DNA from: Fibrobacteria bacterium
GTDB taxonomy: Bacteria > Fibrobacterota > Fibrobacteria > UBA11236
Reading direction: 5' to 3'
NCBI GenBank assembly: GCA_043750055.1
Contig: JAYVCH010000264.1
Coordinates: forward strand, 1 to 46,164
Length of the DNA stretch: 46,164 nt
Of this stretch, positions 36,341 to 43,571 are shown one piece after another (the stretch's first letter is position 1; every line of letters starts with the position of its first letter). Both the position numbers and the translations under genes were made by a program. Under the pieces are notes generated by a model that was given only the letters and a program-made list of their open reading frames with translations, ran no database searches and was not told the origin of the DNA.

Positions 36341-38383
36341 CTACGACTTCTGTTTGCGAACACTTGGTTTTAGCTGAACTCTTTTTTTTTCCACCGCATT
36401 CGGCTTGACCTTGATTTTTGCTCTGGGCTTTACTGGCTTTGAGACCTCTGCTGCCTTTTTTCTAGGTGGTTTAAGTTTATCTAATGCCTGAGGCTTGTTC
36501 GCTTTTTTGATTGCCGGTATTGACCCTAATTGTCGAGAACTGACCGAGCTTTTTGTGGCTTTCTTAGGCGACCGGATTTCTGGTTTAGTAAGACTCGCAT
36601 TGTTTGGCACTACGTTTTGAATAGGCGTAAACACTATCTGTTGCAGTTGGGTTTGAGGCGCCTTCTCTTTAACGGGTAGATGCGATTCTGTTGTAGAGCC
36701 CATGGAATTCGGAGGATTGATTTCTAGCGGCGTCTCGGATGCAATAAGTGTCGGAGAATCCACCGATTGCACGTTCTGGTTTGTCCAACCTTGGGCTTGG
36801 TGTTCGCGGCCTCGATGAGACCGACGACGCCGATTACCTTCCCCTTCCTTTCGATGCATTCCCGTATCCTGATTTTGATGTCGTGTATTTTGAACCGGAT
36901 GTCGTACTTGGTGTGCGACTTCTTTTCCACCCAATGGGAGTGGGAATAAAACATCGCCTGTAGAGCGGGGAAGTGCCGAGATTTGGATGGAACATGAATA
37001 TCGATTTTCCAATGAAAGAACTTGATCTCGAAGTGTATTCAGCAATTGATTGGCAATGGGAAAGGGAGCGGAAACTTGGAGTGTTGTTGGTATAGGCCTT
37101 CGCGTCAAAACCTCTTCCATTTTTCTCAGTGCGGAAAAAGCGCCGGCAGCGGGACTCACTTGCCAACCCTTCCCATCACAAGCATCACAAAAATGTTTCG
37201 AAAAATTGGGTCCAGCCTTTCGGAGGCGCTGACGACTGATTTGCATTGTTCCCAATGGACTGATATCATAGGCTTTGACTTTAGCTTTGTCCGCTGAAAG
37301 CGAGCGTCGAATCAATTCCTCCACTTGCCGACAATGTCGTGAGTCTTCCATGTCGATAAAATCAACTACGATGATTCCACCAAGGTCTCGTAAGCGCAAC
37401 TGCCGTGCAATTTCTATCGCCGCTTCCTTATTGATGGCGAAAACAGTTTCTTCGTGCATAGAATTGGATCGGCCCTCTTCACCTCGGCCCCCGGCCTTAG
37501 CTGAATTCACATCAATTGCCACCAAGGCTTCGGTTTGATCAATGACGATATTAGCGCCCGAAGGCAAGGTTATCTTCCGCGCTGAAAGTTGGTCTACTGC
37601 CGCCTCCAACCCTAACTTTTGAAACATTAATGGACCATCATTGGAAAAATTCAACTTCGATAAAGAAGCGGGTTCATATAACTGAAAGAACTGTTGACAC
37701 TGCCCGAGAATCATCTCATCGTTCACCCAAATCTTTGCCACTTCGGAGTGATAGTATTCACGCAAGTAACGAAGAGCCGGGAGGGCCTCCTGAAATAAAA
37801 GGGCCATCTCCTTAGCCTTGACAAATTTTTCTTGGACGTCCTTATGCGCTTCGGAAAGGCGATCCAAATCCTTTTGCAGCTCGACGATGCCTTTTTGTAT
37901 TGCAGCGGTTCTCAATATAATGGACCCGCTCGCCGGAATTTTGATCTCCTCAAGAATTTTTTTCAAGTGTACCCGATCCGTATCACTGACCCGACTGGAA
38001 ATCCCGTCCTCATCGTTACGTCCTGGCACAAAGACCAAATAACGTCCGGAGTACGAAAGTTTAGCGGTCAGTGCCGCCCCCTTATCACCCACTTCATCCT
38101 TCACTACTTGTATCAGAATGGAATCTCCTACTTTAACCGTACCACCTACAGAGGAAACCGTGTCGGCATCTCGAAGTGACAAAAATCCGTCTCTTCCTGC
38201 AGAAAAACGGATAAATGCCGCTTGCAGATTTCCATCCACTCTTTTGACCACACCACGATAAATGTTTCCTTTTATCCGACTTTGTTCTGGAGACTCTTCA
38301 TAATAATCAACTAGGTGGGTGCCATGAGCTATCGCAGTTCGAACTAAACCAAATGAGGAGTCTAAAAGAATTTGCCTGGACAT
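36341..38383 (-). CDS. Ribonuclease E/G family endoribonuclease with a Lys/Pro-rich C-terminal tail
   Basis: It has the S1 domain GNIYRGVVKRVDGNLQAAFI, the catalytic IDVNSAKAGG block and the Zn-link CDACDGKG. A low-complexity basic tail of about 190 aa follows. Confidence 0.85.
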   Translation of the reverse strand: MSRQILLDSSFGLVRTAIAHGTHLVDYYEESPEQSRIKGNIYRGVVKRVDGNLQAAFIRFSAGRDGFLSLRDADTVSSVGGTVKVGDSILIQVVKDEVGDKGAALTAKLSYSGRYLVFVPGRNDEDGISSRVSDTDRVHLKKILEEIKIPASGSIILRTAAIQKGIVELQKDLDRLSEAHKDVQEKFVKAKEMALLFQEALPALRYLREYYHSEVAKIWVNDEMILGQCQQFFQLYEPASLSKLNFSNDGPLMFQKLGLEAAVDQLSARKITLPSGANIVIDQTEALVAIDVNSAKAGGRGEEGRSNSMHEETVFAINKEAAIEIARQLRLRDLGGIIVVDFIDMEDSRHCRQVEELIRRSLSADKAKVKAYDISPLGTMQISRQRLRKAGPNFSKHFCDACDGKGWQVSPAAGAFSALRKMEEVLTRRPIPTTLQVSAPFPIANQLLNTLRDQVLSLENRYSCSIQISALPRSTGDVLFPLPLGGKEVAHQVRHPVQNTRHQNQDTGMHRKEGEGNRRRRSHRGREHQAQGWTNQNVQSVDSPTLIASETPLEINPPNSMGSTTESHLPVKEKAPQTQLQQIVFTPIQNVVPNNASLTKPEIRSPKKATKSSVSSRQLGSIPAIKKANKPQALDKLKPPRKKAAEVSKPVKPRAKIKVKPNAVEKKRVQLKPSVRKQKS

Positions 38384-38559
38384 TCTGAATCAATCTTTCT
38401 GAAAGAATTGGGTAACGAGGACATTTCATTGGAAATGAACCCCAATAAAAACCGGAAAAGGTATAATTTGGATCGAGAATGAACTCAACTCATGAGAATT
38501 CTCCCTTTTGGGAAGGTTATTTTTTATATTTCCCGATCCCTGAAAGGGGAGTTATCCAC

Positions 38560-38646
38560 GCCGAGGTGGTGAAATTGGTAGACGCGTCGGACTCAAAATC
38601 CGATAGGGGCAACTCTGTGGGGGTTCAATTCCCCCCCTCGGCACCA
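38560..38646 (+). tRNA. tRNA-Leu (anticodon CAA), type II with long variable arm, CCA encoded
   Basis: The acceptor stem pairs GCCGAGG with CCTCGGC. The anticodon stem-loop is TCGGA-CTCAAAA-TCCGA. The T arm is GGGGG-TTCAATT-CCCCC. The discriminator A and CCA follow. I folded the cloverleaf by hand. Confidence 0.9.
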
Positions 38647-38727
38647 GAAAGCTTTTTCTAACGGGTCCTGTTTTTTTCGGGAAATGGCCTTAGTTTAAAC
38701 CAGCACAAATAAAGGGAACCACTCCTT

Positions 38728-39354
38728 ATGGTTTTGATAAAGAAAGCTTTAATTCTAGCAGCACTACTTCTCCTTCCAACTCCAAAGATTTTCGCTGGAG
38801 AGTGGGAGAACACAACGGCAGAGGACATGGGTATTAGCCAAGAAGAATTCCAAAAAGTTAAAGAAAGCGGCATGTCAAAGTCGAAGTTTCTAAAACTTTT
38901 GGAAGTGGGAATATCTCCAAACGAGTATTTTTCTGAACCCTGGAAAAAACTTGGCGTCACTGAAGATCACTGGATTACAGAAAAAAAAGCGGGCATGGCT
39001 GACGACGATATTGATCGGAGTTATCGTAAGCAAGACGCCAATAATATGACTCCATTTCTATCCTTTATCCTTCCAGGTTTTTATGAATACAAAACTCATA
39101 AGCCTATATTTGGTGCGGCTTTATCCACCATTGCTGTGGCAGGCATTGCCCTGACATTTTTGCATCAGAATAAAGATACCCACAGTATTTATCCCTTTTA
39201 TCCAATAGCAGCCCTGGCCGCTATGTTCACAAGTGCAGGCGATGCCTATATCGGAACGCGATATGTTGATAATCAGGAGGCTGGGCGTTTTAGCTGGAAT
39301 TTGGGTCTAAATACTCAAGGCGGCCCTTCTGCCCTACTTTCCCTTCATTTTTAG
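38728..39354 (+). CDS. Exported/membrane protein, unknown family
   Basis: The signal peptide is MVLIKKALILAALLLLPTPKIFA. Hydrophobic helices occur in the C-terminal half. No family was recognised. Confidence 0.5.
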   Translation: MVLIKKALILAALLLLPTPKIFAGEWENTTAEDMGISQEEFQKVKESGMSKSKFLKLLEVGISPNEYFSEPWKKLGVTEDHWITEKKAGMADDDIDRSYRKQDANNMTPFLSFILPGFYEYKTHKPIFGAALSTIAVAGIALTFLHQNKDTHSIYPFYPIAALAAMFTSAGDAYIGTRYVDNQEAGRFSWNLGLNTQGGPSALLSLHF

Positions 39355-39366
39355 TAAATTGAGGGA

Positions 39367-39717
39367 ATGCTAAGGGATATACTTAAATCGAAAATCCATC
39401 GCGCCACTATTACGGATGCGAATTTGAACTACAATGGGTCGATCACCATCGACCCTGTCTTATTGAAGTTGGCGGATATACTCGAATTTGAAAAGGTTTA
39501 TGTCGTTAATCTGAACAACGGTCAACGATTTGAGACTTACGCCATTACAGGAAAGCCCGAATCCGGTGAAATTTGTGTGAATGGTGCTGCAGCCAGATTG
39601 GTTCACATCGGCGACATTGTTATCATAATGACCTATGCAATGATGGAGAATAAAGAGTTAGCCAATCATCAGCCTCGAATTATCCAGGTGGATAGCAAAA
39701 ATGTACCCTCAAATTAG
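39367..39717 (+). CDS. panD: Aspartate 1-decarboxylase (pyruvoyl-dependent)
   Basis: The ORF is 116 aa. [29 protein letters not shown] contains the Gly-Ser self-cleavage site, and NGAAARL is also present. Confidence 0.9.
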   Translation: MLRDILKSKIHRATITDANLNYNGSITIDPVLLKLADILEFEKVYVVNLNNGQRFETYAITGKPESGEICVNGAAARLVHIGDIVIIMTYAMMENKELANHQPRIIQVDSKNVPSN

Positions 39718-39735
39718 CTGCCTAACTATATTATT

Positions 39736-40353
39736 ATGAAGCGGATTGGATCAAAACTGATTAAACAGAACTATGGAAATCTGGAAAAAAAGAAAGGCTT
39801 AAAGAAACCTTTTGGTCTTGGTTTTGCTTTTTTAATGGTTATATCTGCCACATTTATTCATGCTATCGATCCACAAAGTTCCCTTTTTTCGTCCTCCGAG
39901 CCGCCATCCTTGTTGACCCAAAATCAGGACTTCGATCGTAAAGAACTGTTGGCTCCCAGCTATCGATGGGGCGATGTCACTCCTGGCTTTTCGTTTTTAA
40001 ATCCAAATCGCTTTTCCATGCATCAAAGTTATTCCGTCAATTTTTCATCGGGTTCTATGGGTGCGTCCTCCGCGGGACTTTATTTAAATACTCTCAACTA
40101 TAAATTAGCCGCGCCTTTAACGCTTTCTGCAGATGTCGGGTTTTACTCACCTCTCTATTCCAGCTCCGCCGGAAGTTTTGGAAGCCGGGGCATTCAAGAT
40201 CCCACTCGCGGTTCATCCATGATTTTTCCACGACTTGGGCTAGAATATAAGCCTAGCCAAAATACGACCTTTTCCATTCAACTTCTTAATGGCCAAGATG
40301 CGACCAAGGCCTATGGGTATCCAAGCCCATTCCTGAATCCTTGGTCCCGATAA
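39736..40353 (+). CDS. Exported protein, possibly a small beta-barrel; unknown family
   Basis: It has a signal-anchor-like segment (FGLGFAFLMVISATFIHA) and alternating beta-strand-like sequence. No family was recognised. Confidence 0.45.
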   Translation: MKRIGSKLIKQNYGNLEKKKGLKKPFGLGFAFLMVISATFIHAIDPQSSLFSSSEPPSLLTQNQDFDRKELLAPSYRWGDVTPGFSFLNPNRFSMHQSYSVNFSSGSMGASSAGLYLNTLNYKLAAPLTLSADVGFYSPLYSSSAGSFGSRGIQDPTRGSSMIFPRLGLEYKPSQNTTFSIQLLNGQDATKAYGYPSPFLNPWSR

Positions 40354-40419
40354 GCGCCTATTGCGTCTCCCTTCATTTATCAGTTCCCTTTGAAATTTCC
40401 TGTGCCCAGTATATCCAAT

Positions 40420-40839
40420 ATGAGAGTTATTCATTCCAAGCTAGGAAATCCTCGGTGGAGTCATTGTTTCAGCTTAATGGCGCTGTTATGGGTCGGGTGT
40501 AAAAAAGAGGAACCTGTTGCGGTTTTCCTTCCCAATACTGGCCAAATTCAGGTTTTGAATGGATGTGGTAAAGGCGGAGCCGCGGAGCAATTCCGAGATT
40601 ATCTGACTAATCAGGGATTCGATATTATTGAGTTTGGAAATGCACCAAGCTGGAATTATGCTAAAACGATCGTTGTTGCGCGCACGGCGAATGAACCTGT
40701 GGCACGTGACCTTGCAAAAATTTTACACACGGATAATTTGATCCACCTTTTCGATCCGATGGCTTTGGTTGATGCCACGGTATTTATTGGAAGGGACTAT
40801 GAGGAGCTGATAAAGCGATGGCAAAAGCAAAAAATGTAG
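40420..40839 (+). CDS. LytR_C (LytR/CpsA/Psr C-terminal) domain lipoprotein
   Basis: From ATG 40420 it reads MRVIHSKLGNPRWSHCFSLMALLWVGC, a lipobox-like signal. IQVLNGCGKGGAAEQFRDYLTNQGFDI is typical of the LytR_C domain. Confidence 0.6.
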   Translation: MRVIHSKLGNPRWSHCFSLMALLWVGCKKEEPVAVFLPNTGQIQVLNGCGKGGAAEQFRDYLTNQGFDIIEFGNAPSWNYAKTIVVARTANEPVARDLAKILHTDNLIHLFDPMALVDATVFIGRDYEELIKRWQKQKM

Positions 40840-41231
40840 AAGCGCAAGAATTAGCGCATAAGGCAGCGGCTATTCTCTTTGGAAAAAAAGTGGAAGATGC
40901 AGTGATACTCGATCTAAGAGGATTAAGTTCATTGACTGATTTTTATCTCATATGCACTTGTGCCAATGAGGCTCAAATGCGCGCGGTCCTGCACTACACT
41001 TACAAGGTTTTAAGTCGCGACGGCATAAAAGCACTTCGCTCCGAATATCATGGCGGCGTGAAATGGGCAGTGCTCGATTACGGAGATTTGATCATCCATC
41101 TGTTCGAAAAAGATACAAGAAATTATTATTCACTCGAACGCCTCTGGGCGGACGCAAAGTCCACCAAACTTAACGCTGAAGATTATGTCATCCACCAGGA
41201 AGATACCGAAGACGAGGATGAAGACCTATAA
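40818..41231 (+). CDS. rsfS: Ribosome silencing factor RsfS (iojap-like)
   Basis: It has DAVILDLRGLSSLTDFYLICTCANEAQMRAV and WAVLDYGDLIIHLFEKDTRNYYSLERLW, the canonical RsfS blocks. The C-terminus is acidic. Confidence 0.85.
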   Translation: MAKAKNVEAQELAHKAAAILFGKKVEDAVILDLRGLSSLTDFYLICTCANEAQMRAVLHYTYKVLSRDGIKALRSEYHGGVKWAVLDYGDLIIHLFEKDTRNYYSLERLWADAKSTKLNAEDYVIHQEDTEDEDEDL

Positions 41232-42963
41232 GGAGGAAATTGCGGATCTATGTGCTCCGCATACTGGCCTCCCACCCCAAGAGATCCATGATACCCTGAC
41301 CCGTCCTCAACATGAGGGACAGGGTGATTTCTCTTTTCCCTGTTTTGCACTGGCCAAAAAACTTCGCAAAGCCCCTGCCGTAATAGCACAGGAAATGGCG
41401 TCGTTGATCAAACCCGTCGGGCCCTTTTATAAAATTGAAGCCTTGAGTGGTTATCTTAATTTTTTCATCACCCCTTCTGATTTTGCCAACCGAACCTTAG
41501 GCGCCATTTCCCAATTGGGAAATCGTTATGGAGCGAGTAATCGTGGTAAAGGCAAGACGATTGTGATCGATTATTCTTCTCCCAATATGGGAAAAGAATT
41601 AGCCTTCCACCATTTGCGTGGAACCATGATTGGGAACTCCCTCAGCCGCATTTATGCAAAGGCCGGCTTCAATGTCATTCGAATTAATCACCTCGGAGAT
41701 TGGGGGACGTCTTACGGCAAGTTAATTGTGATGTTCCTGCGCGAAGGTCTCAAAGAGAGCGACTTGGCGGGAATGACAATCGAACGTCTCAATGCCCTTT
41801 ACAAAGCTTTCGAGAGTGCCTTCAAGGAAGATCCCACTTTGGAAAATCAGGCGCGTGAAGCCTTTCAACGCTTAGAAGCGGGAGACAACCGATATTTAGG
41901 ATTGTGGAGTGCCTTTAAAGAAATCACACTTCTTGAGCTACGGCGAATTTACGATATGCTTTCTGTCGAGTTCGACCATTACACAGGCGAAGCTTTTTTT
42001 GTTCCCCAAATGCCAAAAACCATGGCGGATTTATCGGCGATGGGACTTGTTAGCAAAAGCCAAGGTGCTGAAATCGTCGACTTGACCGCACATAATTTGC
42101 CCCCTGTGTTATTACGGAAAACAGACGGCGCCACCTTATACATCACCCGAGATATTGCCGCGGCTATTTATCGGATGGAATCCTACCATTTCGATCGCTG
42201 CCTTTACATAGTTGACAACGGCCAGAGTCTCCATTTCCAACAATTGAACAAAGTGTTGGAACTGATGGGATTCGGCTGGCATCAAACTGTTGAGCATGTC
42301 CCATTTGGTTTAGTCCTGATCAAGAACGAAGAAGGTGGATGGGAAAAAGGCAAAACTCGCAGTGGCCAAACTAGCTTGCTGAAAGATGTGATTATCGGCG
42401 CACAGGAAAAAATCTTAGGGATCATCGAGGAAAAAAACCCCGAAGCCCAAGATAAAGAACTTTTAGCCCGTAAAATCGGAATTGGCGCTCTTGTTTTCAG
42501 CGAATTGAAGAACCGAAGACTCAATGATATCCGCTTTGAATGGGATAAGGCTTTAAGTTTTGAAGGCGACTCTGGACCTTATGTCCAAAACGCACATGTA
42601 CGGCTTTGTAGCATTTTAAGAAAAAGCGCCGAGCGCTTTGGCCGAACCACTCAAGAAAATACGGCCCAATCGGGCATTGACGGAATCAACTTCCAAAAAT
42701 ATCCAGAACCGCAAGCACAAGCCTTGATCCGAACTTTAAGCGTGTTCCAGGATAAAATTGGCGTTGCCATTGAGGCGAACGATCCCATTGCCTTAGCCCA
42801 ATATTCCCTGGATATTGCCGAAGCAACTCATAGTTTCCTTCATGTTTGCCGCGCCCTGGGGAGCCCGGAGGAAAAAGAGAGACTTTTTCTGATCGACTGT
42901 GCCCGCATCGTCCTGGGTCAGACCTTGGAAATGATCGGTGTTCCCGCAATTGAACGGATGTAA
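41218..42963 (+). CDS. argS: Arginine--tRNA ligase
   Basis: It has the IDYSSPNMGKELAFHHLRGTMIGNSL HIGH region, a class I catalytic core and a C-terminal DALR anticodon-binding-like domain. I prefer ATG 41218 (MKTYKEEI); ATG 41185 is possible. Confidence 0.9.
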   Translation: MKTYKEEIADLCAPHTGLPPQEIHDTLTRPQHEGQGDFSFPCFALAKKLRKAPAVIAQEMASLIKPVGPFYKIEALSGYLNFFITPSDFANRTLGAISQLGNRYGASNRGKGKTIVIDYSSPNMGKELAFHHLRGTMIGNSLSRIYAKAGFNVIRINHLGDWGTSYGKLIVMFLREGLKESDLAGMTIERLNALYKAFESAFKEDPTLENQAREAFQRLEAGDNRYLGLWSAFKEITLLELRRIYDMLSVEFDHYTGEAFFVPQMPKTMADLSAMGLVSKSQGAEIVDLTAHNLPPVLLRKTDGATLYITRDIAAAIYRMESYHFDRCLYIVDNGQSLHFQQLNKVLELMGFGWHQTVEHVPFGLVLIKNEEGGWEKGKTRSGQTSLLKDVIIGAQEKILGIIEEKNPEAQDKELLARKIGIGALVFSELKNRRLNDIRFEWDKALSFEGDSGPYVQNAHVRLCSILRKSAERFGRTTQENTAQSGIDGINFQKYPEPQAQALIRTLSVFQDKIGVAIEANDPIALAQYSLDIAEATHSFLHVCRALGSPEEKERLFLIDCARIVLGQTLEMIGVPAIERM

Positions 42964-43022
42964 TCCTTCTTTTTCCTAATGGAGCGCTCCTATTCCATTG
43001 GACCTACACTTATATAATGACT

Positions 43023-43040
43023 TGAGGGTGAGAACCCTTA
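43023..43040 (+). terminator. Possible argS terminator hairpin (weak)
   Basis: A 7-bp stem pairs TGAGGGT with ACCCTTA around a GAGA tetraloop. A T-rich but interrupted tail follows (TAGCATTTCTCTTTTT). Confidence 0.3.
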
Positions 43041-43120
43041 TAGCATTTCTCTTTTTAAATCAAGGACTTACATAAAGATTAAAGCAAGGATTCGAAAAAA
43101 ATTCTTTGCTAAACTCAAGG

Positions 43121-43158
43121 CAAATAAAAAAAGGAGGTCAGGGAAACCCCAACCTCCT
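43121..43158 (-). terminator. Rho-independent terminator of the 28-codon ORF
   Basis: The minus strand reads AGGAGGT-TGGGGTTTCCCTG-ACCTCCT followed by TTTTTTATTT. The hairpin starts 40 nt after the stop codon. Confidence 0.7.
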
Positions 43159-43198
43159 CTTAAGCATCTGATATCACCCTTGCGGGGATACCGAAGAA

Positions 43199-43285
43199 CT
43201 ACTTCTTCTTCTTGGTAGCTTTCTTAGCTGCCTTCTTCGTCACCTTCTTAGCAACTTTTTTTGCAGCTTTCTTCTTGGCGGCCAT
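43199..43285 (-). CDS. Unannotated 28-aa Lys/Ala-rich basic peptide (histone-H1-tail-like composition)
   Basis: It falls below the ORF-track length cutoff. The translation is MAAKKKAAKKVAKKVTKKAAKKATKKKK. GGAGG sits 7 nt upstream of the ATG (GGAGGGAGGTGATTACATG). It has its own promoter-like element and a strong terminator. Confidence 0.55.
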   Translation of the reverse strand: MAAKKKAAKKVAKKVTKKAAKKATKKKK

Positions 43286-43473
43286 GTAATCACCTCCCTC
43301 CGGCTTTTAAATTTTTATTGATTGTTGTTGACTACTAAAAACTGTAGGCTGCGTTTCAGGCCCGTGGTTATTGGCCGAGAAACGATTAGAGAAACTACTT
43401 GCTTCTCTTGATTGACTTGCTTCTGTGTACGGTTGTTGTTCAATCTTTCCTACTTCATCTCTTTGATGTCTTA

Positions 43474-43502
43474 ATGATAAAGTTGTTGACTTAAATAGTC
43501 AA
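43474..43502 (-). promoter_or_regulatory. Candidate strong sigma-70 promoter for the 28-codon ORF
   Basis: The minus strand reads TTGACT-N17-TATCAT, preceded by an A/T tract (TTTTTCAAAAAAAATTGC) resembling an UP element. This implies a leader of about 180 nt. Confidence 0.45.
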
Positions 43503-43531
43503 GCAATTTTTTTTGAAAAATGAAAAAAAAA

Positions 43532-43564
43532 TTTGATCAGCGAATGATGTGATGTGTGATCAAA
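43532..43564 (-). terminator. Possible glnD terminator
   Basis: An 8-bp stem pairs TTTGATCA with TGATCAAA around a 17-nt loop. T9 follows on the minus strand, 8 nt after the glnD stop. The stem is AT-rich and the loop is large. Confidence 0.4.
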
Positions 43565-43571
43565 GTGTAAT

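Noticed and set aside
38479-38960. ORFs 38479-38661(+) and 38658-38960(-).
   Set aside because: The first overlaps the tRNA-Leu gene. The second is antisense to the start of the 38728 ORF and has no RBS.
43013-43018. A perfect TATAAT box downstream of argS as the promoter of a plus-strand sRNA.
   Set aside because: There is no acceptable -35 at 16-18 nt (TTGGAC is only 9 nt away) and no TG extension. The downstream hairpin is better explained as a weak argS terminator.
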